The position numbers and the translations under genes were made by a program. From contig JAYVCF010000246.1 of NCBI GenBank assembly GCA_043750095.1, forward strand, positions 1 through 53,686: a DNA stretch of 53,686 nt, read 5' to 3'. Positions 9,137-17,951 of the stretch are shown one piece after another. Numbering within the stretch: position 1 is the stretch's first letter; each line of letters opens with the position of its first letter. The DNA is from Deltaproteobacteria bacterium. GTDB lineage: Bacteria > Myxococcota_A > Polyangia > Polyangiales > Sandaracinaceae. The notes beneath the pieces were generated by a model. That model was not told the origin of the DNA. It made no database searches and was given only the letters and a program-made list of their open reading frames with translations.

Positions 9137-11950
9137 TTACGGGTGCACGTCGAGCCGGCGCTCGAAGTGCGCGATCACGTCGGGCTCGTCATAGGCCATC
9201 GCAGGCTGCTCGTTCTGGATCCAGTGCGCGGCTTCGTCGGCGTGGTGCCGGCTCGCGGGGTCGAGGGCCTGACCGCCGGGGAGCGCGTTGAACGCGTGCG
9301 GGCCCGTCGGGGTCATCTCGACGACGAGGCGCTGCGACGCGCCCGAGCCGTGCGAGAAATCGGTCGTGTTCCACAGGCCGAAGTTGCCCACGTCGACCGC
9401 GCCGTAATCGCCATGGCGCGGATAGCCATTGGGATTCGTCGCGTCGTCCGGCGTCGGGATCGAGATCGCGTCGGGCAGGCCCAGGCCGCCCGCGTCGAAG
9501 CGCACCGTGTGGAGGCGGCCCCAGCGCCACTGGTTCTCGTCGGCGCCGAGCCGCGTATCGAGGTAGTCGAGCGCCGCGAGGACGCCGCGGATCGCGATCT
9601 GGTCGCGTGTCTCGACGACCGTGGTCGTCGTCATGTCGTCCCAGAGCACGTTGCCCGTGATGAGGTGCGTCGGAGCGGCGAAGCTCCACTCGAGGAAGCG
9701 CAGCGTCTGCGCGCTGTCCACGCCGCGGCCCATCGCCGTGGCCTCGTCGCCGAGCGCGAGCGGCGCGATGCGCGAGAGCGACACGTTGAAGATCGTGGTG
9801 GCGATGCTGTCCGCGATCACGCTCGCGTCGGTCGCGTTCACTCCGTGCGGCGTCGCCAGGGACCACGCCATGAGGCGCATGCGCACGTCGTCGAGCCGCG
9901 AGAGCTCTGCCGCGGTGAGCGTCGGGATCGTCGTGTGCGCGTCGGCGAGGATCGCGACCAGCGGATCACGGATCATCTCGCCCGACGAGCTGCGCGTGGC
10001 GGCTTGCAGGGTGATCATGTCGGCGGTGGTGATCGCGCCGCGCGTCGCGAGCATCCCGAGCTGCTCGTGGATGCGGTGCACGCGCCAGCCGAGGTCCATG
10101 TCGCCGCCGAGGTAGTGCGTGTCGTTGCAGGCGTTGCCGTCGAGCGTGGTGCCCGTGTTGTCGGCGTTGGCCGTGCCGATCCAGCCGCGCGTCGGGTTCT
10201 GGTCGAAGGGGATGTAGCGGCTGTCGAGGTCGCCGGTCCACTCGTACTCGCCCGTGCCCGGGAGCGCGAAGAGCGGGGAGTAGCCCGTCGGTACGCCCGA
10301 CGCGTCGTACGCCCACGTGAGCGCGCGCGGATCACGAACCGGAATGCGCGCCTGTGTCGACCAGCGGATGTCGTGCTGATCCACGACGACGAAGTTCTGT
10401 GAGCCGACGCGGAAGTGCTGCTGCGCCGCCTGTGCGTCCGCGACGTTCGTCGCCGTGGCGAGCCCGACGAAGTAAGCCAGCTCGTTCGAGAAGTCCGAGC
10501 CGGTGTAGCGGACCGACATCGCCGTGAACTGGCCCGGCGATCCGGTGACGGGCATGCGCGTGCCCGGGATGATCACCCCGTGGTGCGGGACGATCTCGAT
10601 CGTGAAGGGCACGGGCGCGCCTGCGGAGCTCGGCAGCATCTCCACGGTCGCGACGATGGGCACTTGCGTGGTCCCGGTGCCCGGGTCGAAGGCCACCGTG
10701 TCGGGCGCGCCGCCCGTGCCCGCGGTGATGTGCTCGACGTACACGTCGGTGACGTCGTAGCCCGTCGTGGTCGCGCCCCAGGCGATGTGGCGGTTGAAGC
10801 CGAGCACGACGCCGGGAAGGCCCGCGAAGCAGACGCCCTCGACGTCCAAGTTCTCTTCGCCGTGCATCTGCGCGGTGTTGAGGTGCGCGTACCACCAGAC
10901 CGGCGGGCTGATGAGCGAGAGGTGGGGATCGTTGGCGAGGATCGGATGGCCGCTGGCCGTGAGGGAGCCGCTCACGATCCAGTTGTTCGAGCCGCGGTGC
11001 TCGTCGCCGTAGCCGAGATCGAAGAAGCGCTGGTCCATGCGGTCGAAGAACGCGCGCGCGGCGGCGAGCTGAGAGGGCGGCGGAAGCTGCATCGCGATGC
11101 CCGTGGGCTGAGTGCCGAAACCGGGCGGCAACAGCGCGCGCGCGCCGGTGTCCGTGGGCTCGTTGGGGAATCCGTCACGCACCGTGTCGGGTCGCGCCGG
11201 GTAGTCCGCGAACAGGTCGGCGAAGATGCCGCGTCGCGGATCGCTCGCGCCACCGAACGCCATGCGGACTGCCGCCAGCGTCTGCGTGCGGCTGACGTCG
11301 GAGCCCGCGTCGTAGCTGAGCGAGGCGGCTTGGAAGCGCGCCATCGCCATGATGTCTTCCGGACGCCAGTGCCCGAACGCGGGCGAGAGCAGCACGATGT
11401 TGAACGTGTTCGCCGCGTCGGGCGCGGGGTTCTCGGTCCCTGCCATCGCGTTGTCGATGTAGACGTTGATGCCGTCGACGAACGCCTGCGTGAGCAGGCG
11501 CGTGCGCACGTCCACCGGGTCGGTGCTGGTCTGGATGCGCGCCCACATCATCTCGCCCCAGCGGCGAAAGCCTTCCTGAAGCGCGTCCTGGTCCTGACGG
11601 AGCACGCTCGGCTGCGCGGCCGCGAGCACCTCGCCGAGCCGACCGATCACGTTGCGGCGGATCATCTCCATCTGCGCGAAGCGATCGCGCGACATCAGGT
11701 AGCCCTGCACCATGAACACGTCGTGCAGCGTGGTGCCGTAGATGTGCGGCATGCCGCGATCGTCGTAGACGACCTCGACGGCCGCATCGAGCCCGTGCAG
11801 CTGGAGCGAATCGCCGAGAGGCAGCTGCGTCACGCTCGTGACCGGGCCCGCGTCCATTCCGCCGTCCGCTGCGGGTGGGCTGGTTCCGCCGCATGCGGTC
11901 GCGAACGAGCCGAGAACCACGAGCGAGGAGAGAAGCTGCCGTCGATGCAT
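9137..11950 (-). CDS. penicillin acylase (S45, Ntn-hydrolase) family lipoprotein
   Basis: 937 aa. Lipoprotein signal MHRRQLLSSLVVLGSFATAC. The nucleophile region GSNNWIVSGSLTASGHPILANDPHL is typical of penicillin/AHL acylases. Confidence 0.9.
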   Translation of the reverse strand: MHRRQLLSSLVVLGSFATACGGTSPPAADGGMDAGPVTSVTQLPLGDSLQLHGLDAAVEVVYDDRGMPHIYGTTLHDVFMVQGYLMSRDRFAQMEMIRRNVIGRLGEVLAAAQPSVLRQDQDALQEGFRRWGEMMWARIQTSTDPVDVRTRLLTQAFVDGINVYIDNAMAGTENPAPDAANTFNIVLLSPAFGHWRPEDIMAMARFQAASLSYDAGSDVSRTQTLAAVRMAFGGASDPRRGIFADLFADYPARPDTVRDGFPNEPTDTGARALLPPGFGTQPTGIAMQLPPPSQLAAARAFFDRMDQRFFDLGYGDEHRGSNNWIVSGSLTASGHPILANDPHLSLISPPVWWYAHLNTAQMHGEENLDVEGVCFAGLPGVVLGFNRHIAWGATTTGYDVTDVYVEHITAGTGGAPDTVAFDPGTGTTQVPIVATVEMLPSSAGAPVPFTIEIVPHHGVIIPGTRMPVTGSPGQFTAMSVRYTGSDFSNELAYFVGLATATNVADAQAAQQHFRVGSQNFVVVDQHDIRWSTQARIPVRDPRALTWAYDASGVPTGYSPLFALPGTGEYEWTGDLDSRYIPFDQNPTRGWIGTANADNTGTTLDGNACNDTHYLGGDMDLGWRVHRIHEQLGMLATRGAITTADMITLQAATRSSSGEMIRDPLVAILADAHTTIPTLTAAELSRLDDVRMRLMAWSLATPHGVNATDASVIADSIATTIFNVSLSRIAPLALGDEATAMGRGVDSAQTLRFLEWSFAAPTHLITGNVLWDDMTTTTVVETRDQIAIRGVLAALDYLDTRLGADENQWRWGRLHTVRFDAGGLGLPDAISIPTPDDATNPNGYPRHGDYGAVDVGNFGLWNTTDFSHGSGASQRLVVEMTPTGPHAFNALPGGQALDPASRHHADEAAHWIQNEQPAMAYDEPDVIAHFERRLDVHP

Positions 11951-12133
11951 GGCTCCTTTGTAAACCCGGCCCCACCCCGCTGACTACGGCCTGCCGTGAG
12001 CGATCGGGCGGCCTAAGCTCGGGAGCCGAGCGCGCAACACGTCGCAGCGCTGGCCCGCGATCCCGATCGACGGATCAAGCTCCGCCGCATCGCGATGGAG
12101 AACCTCTCGCGCGTGCTCTGAGCTGCGTTCTCC

Positions 12134-12152
12134 GGGGCCGATTCGCGGCCCC
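12134..12152 (-). terminator. GGGGCCG-N5-CGGCCCC hairpin 3' of the DksA-like gene (same stem as family B hairpin 1)
   Basis: The plus strand reads GGGGCCGATTCGCGGCCCC, 12 nt beyond the stop codon at 12164..12166. Confidence 0.35.
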
Positions 12153-12163
12153 TCGTGTCGCTC

Positions 12164-12784
12164 TCAGCGCGCCTGCTGGGCTTTCTCTCGCTCGAGCATT
12201 TCCTTGTAGCCCACCGAGTAGCGGGTCCACGGACGCAGCTCGAGGCGCTTGTAGCCGATCGGCTCGTCGGTGCCTTCGCAGACGCCGTACTCGCCGCTGT
12301 GCATCTTCTCGAGCGCGCCCTCGATCTCGATCAAGAGCTTGCGGTCCTTGTCGGCCATGCGGAACAGCCACGCCTGATCGGTCGAGCGCTGCGCGATGTC
12401 GATCTCGTCCGCGAGGATGTCTTCTTCGGCGAGCGCGTTGTCCACGCGGTTCTCGAAATTGCCGAGCACGCGTGCCTTCTCGTCCACGAGCTTGGTGTAG
12501 AGCCCGTTCAGCTCCTGCTTGGTGAGCTTCGCCTCCGGATGCGAGCGGATGACCGAGGCGTCCGGTGTCGGCTTGAGGCCGGGATGTGGCTCCTTCTTCG
12601 CAGCGGGCGCCATCTTGGGCGGAGGCGCGAACCTCGGCAGCTCGATCTTGGCCGCGACTTTCGCGCTGGCGCTCGCCTTGGGCTTCACCGAGATGGCCCG
12701 ACCATTCTTCTTCTCGACCTTCTTGGGCGCCGCCTTCACAGGCGACTTGGAGCTCTTGGCGGACGACTTGGTGACCTTGGCCAT
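12164..12784 (-). CDS. DksA/TraR-family protein with Lys/Ala/Pro-rich N-terminal tail and degenerate zinc finger
   Basis: Start trimmed to MAKVTKSSAKSSKSPVKAAPKK. The C-terminal half has a DksA coiled coil and GEYGVCEGTDEPIGYKRLELRPW. Only one of the four canonical Cys residues is retained. Confidence 0.8.
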   Translation of the reverse strand: MAKVTKSSAKSSKSPVKAAPKKVEKKNGRAISVKPKASASAKVAAKIELPRFAPPPKMAPAAKKEPHPGLKPTPDASVIRSHPEAKLTKQELNGLYTKLVDEKARVLGNFENRVDNALAEEDILADEIDIAQRSTDQAWLFRMADKDRKLLIEIEGALEKMHSGEYGVCEGTDEPIGYKRLELRPWTRYSVGYKEMLEREKAQQAR

Positions 12785-12800
12785 GTCTACTTTCACCTGT

Positions 12801-13445
12801 TCAGGGAGCCGGCGGTGCCAGACGGGGGGGCGAGCGGAGGTTTGCGTCGTAGGGGCCGGCGCCGAGAGGGGCGCCGCGAAGGCCGGCGAGCATCCCGGAA
12901 AGCGCGGCGAGCGGCAAGCCCTCGATCGCGGTTTCGTCGCTGGTGACGACCTCGGCGAAGAGCGCACGGCCGCCACACTCGAACTTGTAGCTACCCGCAC
13001 AGGCCTCGGGCGCGTCGGCGGCCACGTAGGCGGAGATCTCTTCGGCGGAGAGGGCGCGCATCCGCATCCTGCTGACGACCGTGCGGCTCTCGCGGACGTC
13101 GGGGCCGAGGACGACGAGCGCCGTGATCAGCCGGTGCGTGCGACCCGCCAGCTGGGCGAGCTGCTCCTCGGCGCGCTCGCTCGTGCCCGGCTTTCCGAGC
13201 ATGCGCCCGTCGAGGTCGACGACCTGGTCCGAGCCGATGATCCAGGCGGTGGGCGCGAACTGGGCACGCACGCTCTCGGCCTTCGCGAACGCACGAAGGA
13301 GCGCGGTCTGGTCGGGCGTGCGCCCGTGCAGCGCGCTCTCGTCACAGCTCGGCGCGCAGACGACGAATTCGTACCCGAGACGCTCGATGAGCCGGCGTCG
13401 GGCTTCGGACGTGGAAGCAAGGACGATCGGTCCGCCGACGGACAT
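12801..13445 (-). CDS. maf: Maf-like nucleoside triphosphate pyrophosphatase
   Basis: Start trimmed to MSVGGPIVLASTSEARRRLIERLGYEFVV..DES. Maf signature blocks follow (IIGSDQVV, GKPGT, AGSYKFE). Confidence 0.85.
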   Translation of the reverse strand: MSVGGPIVLASTSEARRRLIERLGYEFVVCAPSCDESALHGRTPDQTALLRAFAKAESVRAQFAPTAWIIGSDQVVDLDGRMLGKPGTSERAEEQLAQLAGRTHRLITALVVLGPDVRESRTVVSRMRMRALSAEEISAYVAADAPEACAGSYKFECGGRALFAEVVTSDETAIEGLPLAALSGMLAGLRGAPLGAGPYDANLRSPPRLAPPAP

Positions 13446-13527
13446 GGCTCGCGACGGTCTCACGTGCCCCTCGCGATTGCAACGGCCCCGGGATCGAGCG
13501 GCCAAGCTAGATCCGAGCTGCGTCGTA

Positions 13528-13576
13528 CGGGTCCGAAGGACCCCCGCGCGCCGCGCCTGCGCGGCGCCAAAAATCA
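13528..13576 (-). repeat. stop-codon-adjacent T-tract plus double-hairpin element, family C, copy 1
   Basis: The minus strand reads TGATTTTTGGCGCCGCGCAGGCGCGGCGCGCGGGGGTCCTTCGGACCC. It starts at the stop codon of 13574..14317. Confidence 0.7.
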
Positions 13577-14317
13577 GCGGCCGGAGCCGGACGGGATGCG
13601 CACCGGCGGGGTGAACACGGGTCCCGTCGGAGCTGCGGCGCGTCGACGGCCATGTCGGCGCGGCGGCGCGGGCGGCGCTTGTTCGTCGAAGTTCTCGTCG
13701 AAGGCGAAGATCTCGTTCGCATCCGGGAACACGAACGTGAGCTGCGGATCCTGCGGTCGCAGCATGGGAGACACCGTCGCGGTCGCGAGGAGCACCTGGA
13801 AGCTCTGCCCGGGCGCCATGTTGAGCGACACGTGCGCGATGCCGCTCGAGTCGGTGCGCGCGACCTCGCGGCCCTCGATCATGACGGGGAGGCCTGCGCG
13901 TGGCGCCGTGCCGGTGCCGCCCGCGCGGATGACCACCACGCCCTGACGCGTGGACGGCAGACACGAGATGGTGACGCGAAAGCCAGGCGCAGGCGCGCCG
14001 CCGACACCGACCGTCGTGCGCAGGACGATGGGCGAGAGCGGGGGCGCGGCGCGGTAGCCTTCGGGACACGTCGCGCTCACGGGGACCGACGTTCCTTCTT
14101 CGCCGGAGAGCTCCAGACGAACGGTTCCGTCGGCGGCCGTCTGCGCGGGCGCTGCGCCTGCGACGGTCACCGTGACACCACCGAGCGGCGATCCCGGGTC
14201 GGACTCGCCGATGAACGTGATCGGAAAGATGGGTGGCGGAGGCGGCTCCTCACAAGCGAGGGCGGTCATGGCGGTGAGAGCCGCGATGAGGAGGCGTGCG
14301 ATTCGCGATCCGGTCAT
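13574..14317 (-). CDS. hypothetical lipoprotein (last gene of the Tad-type cluster)
   Basis: MTGSRIARLLIAALTAMTALAC signal/lipobox with GGAG 9 nt upstream of ATG 14317. Beta-rich body (GGVTVTVAGAAPAQTAADGTVRLEL) and a Pro/Arg-rich tail. Confidence 0.65.
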   Translation of the reverse strand: MTGSRIARLLIAALTAMTALACEEPPPPPIFPITFIGESDPGSPLGGVTVTVAGAAPAQTAADGTVRLELSGEEGTSVPVSATCPEGYRAAPPLSPIVLRTTVGVGGAPAPGFRVTISCLPSTRQGVVVIRAGGTGTAPRAGLPVMIEGREVARTDSSGIAHVSLNMAPGQSFQVLLATATVSPMLRPQDPQLTFVFPDANEIFAFDENFDEQAPPAPPRRHGRRRAAAPTGPVFTPPVRIPSGSGR

Positions 14318-14349
14318 GGCTTGCTCCATTCGCTCGTTCGCGAGGCGCG

Positions 14350-15858
14350 TCAGCGAGTCGGCGTACACTGGCGCCCGTCGGGCCCGATCCCGTTGACACA
14401 CTGAGCAGCTCGGATCCTTTGCTCCAGAATGCCGACCATCGCCGAATACTCGGGACGCTCGGGGTGCTGCATCGCGAGCTGTTGGTAGAGCGGGAGCGCG
14501 TCGCTGTAGCGCCCCGCGAGCACCTGATCGGCGGCGAGACGCTCCGGCGTGGGCGGAAGCGGCAGGCTCGGATCGACCACGGTCGTCGGAGGAGGCGCGA
14601 CGTCGGTCACGGGCGGCGCGTACACCACGCTCGGCGGGGGCTGAACGTAGACGGCGCCCGTCGTGGGCGGATAGGGCGCGATCGCCACCGTCGTCGGCGC
14701 TGCGTAGGTCGGCGGCGGGGCGTACGTGACCGGAGGCACGTAGGCCGTCGGCGGCGGTGCGGCGATCGTGGTGGGCAACGCGAGGGTCGGCGGCGGCGTG
14801 ACGATCTGGTTCGAGTCGTCGACGTAGTCCTCTTCGTCGTCGCTCAGCCCGACCACGGCGAGCACGAGGATCGCGAGCACGAGCGCGCCGACCATCCCCG
14901 CCATGCGCGGCGTGAGACCGAAGGGCAGCTTGGTCGGCTGCTTCACCATCGGAGGAGGGCCCTCGCCGAAGCCCGGCGGCGCTGCGAACCCGCCCGAGGC
15001 GCTGGACCCACCCGGCGCGCCGAACGAGGGCGGCATCCCACCGATCTGGCCCGCCTGCGGCCTCTGCATCTGCATCGGCTGCATCTGCATCGGCTGCGGC
15101 GGCTGCATGCCCATCCCAGGAGCGAGCACGATCGAGGGCGTGTCCGGCATCGCGACCATGCGCGTCGCCTCGCCCACGGCGCCCGCGAGCTCGTCCTGCA
15201 TCAACGTCTTGGCCTGCAGGGGAGCCGCGTCGTTCGGACCACCGAGGCGCGGACGGGAAGCAGCAGGCGGCGGCGGCGGCGGTCCGCCGAGCTTGGGCGC
15301 TCCGCCGATCGAGGGAAGTCCCGCTGGCCCATCGAGCGGCGAGTCCTGGATGCGCGTCGCCTCGCCCGTGAGCGAGGGAGCGTCCCAGAGCGGCCCGTCG
15401 GTCATGCGCGTCGCTTCACCGGTGAGATCGGCGATGTTGTGCTGACCACTCGGCCCTTCGGCCGGCGAGACGCGGCGTGCCGACGCAGGATCGGGAAGCG
15501 CGATCGCTTGCCCATCCGACGTCTCGATCGCTACCGCGGCCTGACCGAACACCACCTCGCCCCGACCGCGAACCTGCGTCCACTCGCCGCCGAGCGGAGC
15601 GCCGTTGAGCGAGACGCCGCCGACACGCTGGGTGTCCGCGACGAAGAGGCAGCGGCCGTCCCAGTAGAGCTCGAAGTGCATCGGTCGCACGCCCGGCCCC
15701 TGCACGGCCCAGCCGGCGCTCGGATCACTGCCGATCGCGAGCCGCGCCTGCGGATACTGCTGGTCGATCTCCCAGACGCCGCCTGTGGATTGGCCTCGTG
15801 TGAGCCGAACCTTCGCCCAGCTCTTGCCGCCTTGCACCGCTTGTCCCGGAACCGCCAT
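14350..15858 (-). CDS. FHA-domain membrane protein (FHA, Q/M/P-rich linker, TM helix, Pro-rich periplasmic region, TPR-like end)
   Basis: 502 aa. N-terminal FHA-like core (RLAIGSDPSAGWAV..VRPMHFELYWDGRCLFVADT..VSLNGAPL). TM helix MVGALVLAILVLAVVGL. C-terminal helical repeat (RYSDALPLYQQLAMQHPERPEY). Confidence 0.75.
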   Translation of the reverse strand: MAVPGQAVQGGKSWAKVRLTRGQSTGGVWEIDQQYPQARLAIGSDPSAGWAVQGPGVRPMHFELYWDGRCLFVADTQRVGGVSLNGAPLGGEWTQVRGRGEVVFGQAAVAIETSDGQAIALPDPASARRVSPAEGPSGQHNIADLTGEATRMTDGPLWDAPSLTGEATRIQDSPLDGPAGLPSIGGAPKLGGPPPPPPAASRPRLGGPNDAAPLQAKTLMQDELAGAVGEATRMVAMPDTPSIVLAPGMGMQPPQPMQMQPMQMQRPQAGQIGGMPPSFGAPGGSSASGGFAAPPGFGEGPPPMVKQPTKLPFGLTPRMAGMVGALVLAILVLAVVGLSDDEEDYVDDSNQIVTPPPTLALPTTIAAPPPTAYVPPVTYAPPPTYAAPTTVAIAPYPPTTGAVYVQPPPSVVYAPPVTDVAPPPTTVVDPSLPLPPTPERLAADQVLAGRYSDALPLYQQLAMQHPERPEYSAMVGILEQRIRAAQCVNGIGPDGRQCTPTR

Positions 15859-15923
15859 CGGACTCGTCGTTCATCCTACGTTGAAGGTCGCTGAGAGGCA
15901 CGAACCTCGGTTGTACGGGGCGT

Positions 15924-15973
15924 GGGTGCCCGAAGGGCCCCACCGCGTCGCGCCTGCGCGGCGCAGAAATCTA
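15924..15973 (-). repeat. stop-codon-adjacent T-tract plus double-hairpin element, family C, copy 2
   Basis: The minus strand reads TAGATTTCTGCGCCGCGCAGGCGCGACGCGGTGGGGCCCTTCGGGCACCC. It starts at the stop codon of the second cpaF paralogue. Confidence 0.7.
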
Positions 15974-17143
15974 GTGTCCGCCACCAGCGCCCTGATCGTC
16001 TTCGGGCTGCGCACCGTGCTGCGCGCGGTGCTGAGCCGCATGATAGATGATGTCCGGAATCTCGAGGCCGTGTCCACGGATCTCCTCGGTGACCTTCGGG
16101 ATGAAGCCGGTGGGCTCGAACGTGGAGAGCACGCGCCCCTTCTCGTCCTCCCCGTGGTAGCGCCGGATGAACACGTTCTCGAGGTGGTAACCCTTGGCCG
16201 GGTCGTAGCCTTGGACCTCGGCGATGTGCGTGACGCAGCGCGAGCCGTCGCGAAGGCGTGACGTCTGCACGATCATGTCGACGGCGCTCGCGAGCTGAGC
16301 GCGGAGGGCCACGAGCGGAAGCGCGATGTCGCTCATCAGGCACATCGTCTCGAGCCGGTTCAGCGTGTCCGTCGGGTACGTGGCGTGGACGGTGGACATG
16401 CAACCGCCGTGACCGGACGTCATGGCCTGCACGAGATCGAGCGCCTCGCCTGAGCGAATCTCACCGACGACGATGCGATCGGGACGCATGCGCAGCGTGG
16501 CCTTGAAGAGATCGCGGATCGTCACCGCGCCGCGGCCTCGAACGTCGGGAGGTCGCGCCTCGAGCTGCACGACGTGCGGCTGCTGGCACTGCACCTCTTT
16601 GCTGTCCTCGATGATCACGATGCGATCGTCGTCGGGGATGAAGCCGGTGAGCGCGTTGAGCAGCGACGTCTTTCCGGAGCCCGTGCCGCCGGCGACGATC
16701 GTGTTGTTCTTCACCAGGACGACCTGGCGAAGGAACTGCGCCGCCTCGGGCGTGAACGAGCCGAAGCCGACGAGCTTGTCGATCGTCAGCGTCTCGCGAA
16801 AGAAGCGACGGATGGCGACGTGGGGGCCTTCCGGCGCCGCGGGCGGCAGCACGGCTTCCACGCGCGAGCCGTCGGGGAGCCGCCCTTCGAGGATCGGCCG
16901 CTGCTCGTCGACGTGACGACCCACGAACTGCGCGAGGTTGCGGAGCGCGGCCAGGAGCGCCTCGCGGTTCGCGAACTTCGCGTTGGTGAGCGTGAGCTTG
17001 CCCTTACGCTCGATGTAGATCTGGCTCGGGCCGTTGATCATGATCTCGCTGACGCTCGCGTCGTCGAGGAACGGCTTGATCGGCTCGAAGAACTTGATGA
17101 GCGTCTGCTCGTAGACGTCCTTGCCGAGGGTCTTGCTGCTCAT
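15971..17143 (-). CDS. CpaF/TadA-family secretion ATPase, second paralogue (no FHA domain)
   Basis: 390 aa. Walker A GGTGSGKTSLLNAL, Asp box RIVIIEDSKE, Walker B RPDRIVVGEIRSGEA, His box SGHGGCMSTVHA. Colinear with the ATPase half of 20644..22506. Confidence 0.9.
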   Translation of the reverse strand: MSSKTLGKDVYEQTLIKFFEPIKPFLDDASVSEIMINGPSQIYIERKGKLTLTNAKFANREALLAALRNLAQFVGRHVDEQRPILEGRLPDGSRVEAVLPPAAPEGPHVAIRRFFRETLTIDKLVGFGSFTPEAAQFLRQVVLVKNNTIVAGGTGSGKTSLLNALTGFIPDDDRIVIIEDSKEVQCQQPHVVQLEARPPDVRGRGAVTIRDLFKATLRMRPDRIVVGEIRSGEALDLVQAMTSGHGGCMSTVHATYPTDTLNRLETMCLMSDIALPLVALRAQLASAVDMIVQTSRLRDGSRCVTHIAEVQGYDPAKGYHLENVFIRRYHGEDEKGRVLSTFEPTGFIPKVTEEIRGHGLEIPDIIYHAAQHRAQHGAQPEDDQGAGGGH

Positions 17144-17874
17144 GACCGGCCTTCAGGCAATTTTGCGCGTGGCGTACCAGCCTTGTGCGACACGGGGTGC
17201 GACACGGGCGCGCCCCCGGGAGGCGGAGCGGGAGGCGCAACCGGCGGCGGCACCTCGTCCGGCTGGAGGCGCACCGGGACCGGCCCCGTCGGCGTCGCGA
17301 ACAAGCCCAGCGCCTCTCGCGCCTCGCTCGCGTGCGCGCCGTCGGGCGAGAGGGCGAGGTAGCGCTCCATCTGCGCCCGCATTCCCGGTCCGTCGTGCAG
17401 CTCGTCGCGCAGGAGCACGCCGAGCATGTAGTGCGGCACCGCTTCGTCGGGCGCCTCGGTGACCACGTGCTCGAGCGAGAGGCGCGCCGCGGCGGAGTTG
17501 CCGAGGCCCATCTGGATCGTCGCCAGCAGCTGACGCAGGCGCCAGTCGTCCGGGTGCGTCTCGAGGTAGGGCTCCGCGAAGCCGAGCGCCGCCGAGTAGC
17601 GCGAGCTGTGCACGCAGACCTCCATCAAGAGGGGCAGCACCTGGTCCTCGGGGTAGCCGTGATCACGGGCCGCGGTGAAGTACTGCTCGGCGCGAATGTA
17701 GTCGCCCTGGTGCGCGATGCGGACGCCCGCGTCGAAGAGCTGCTGCGCGGTCCGGTCTTCGAGCGGATCGGCGATCGCGGCTTGAGGTGTGACCGATGCC
17801 TGCGCACCTCCGCACCCGACCACGAGCGCGCACGCGAGAGCGCATGCGGCCGCGATCGAACGATGCGGAGACAC
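17140..17874 (-). CDS. TPR-repeat lipoprotein (TadD-like position)
   Basis: Start trimmed to GTG 17874 (VSPHRSIAAACALACALVVGC lipobox). The N-terminal extension in the track (STGVPGSPGRHNCVASA) is a translation of the 73-nt repeat. TPR-like helices follow (AQQLFDAGVRIAHQGDYIRAEQYF...). Confidence 0.7.
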   Translation of the reverse strand: MSPHRSIAAACALACALVVGCGGAQASVTPQAAIADPLEDRTAQQLFDAGVRIAHQGDYIRAEQYFTAARDHGYPEDQVLPLLMEVCVHSSRYSAALGFAEPYLETHPDDWRLRQLLATIQMGLGNSAAARLSLEHVVTEAPDEAVPHYMLGVLLRDELHDGPGMRAQMERYLALSPDGAHASEAREALGLFATPTGPVPVRLQPDEVPPPVAPPAPPPGGAPVSHPVSHKAGTPRAKLPEGRS

Positions 17875-17877
17875 GAT

Positions 17878-17950
17878 CGCGGCCGGAGTCGTCCGCGGAG
17901 CGGACGCGACACAATTGTGTCGGCCCGGCGAGCCGGGCACTCCGGTCGAG
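17878..17950 (-). repeat. 73-nt four-way-junction (cloverleaf) repeat, family A, copy 1
   Basis: The reverse complement reads CTCGACCGGAGT GCCCGGCTCGCCGGGC CGACACAATTGTGTCG CGTCCGCTCCGCGGACG ACTCCGGCCGCG. It lies between the stop of 17952..18818 and the GTG start at 17874. Confidence 0.85.
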
Positions 17951-17951
17951 C

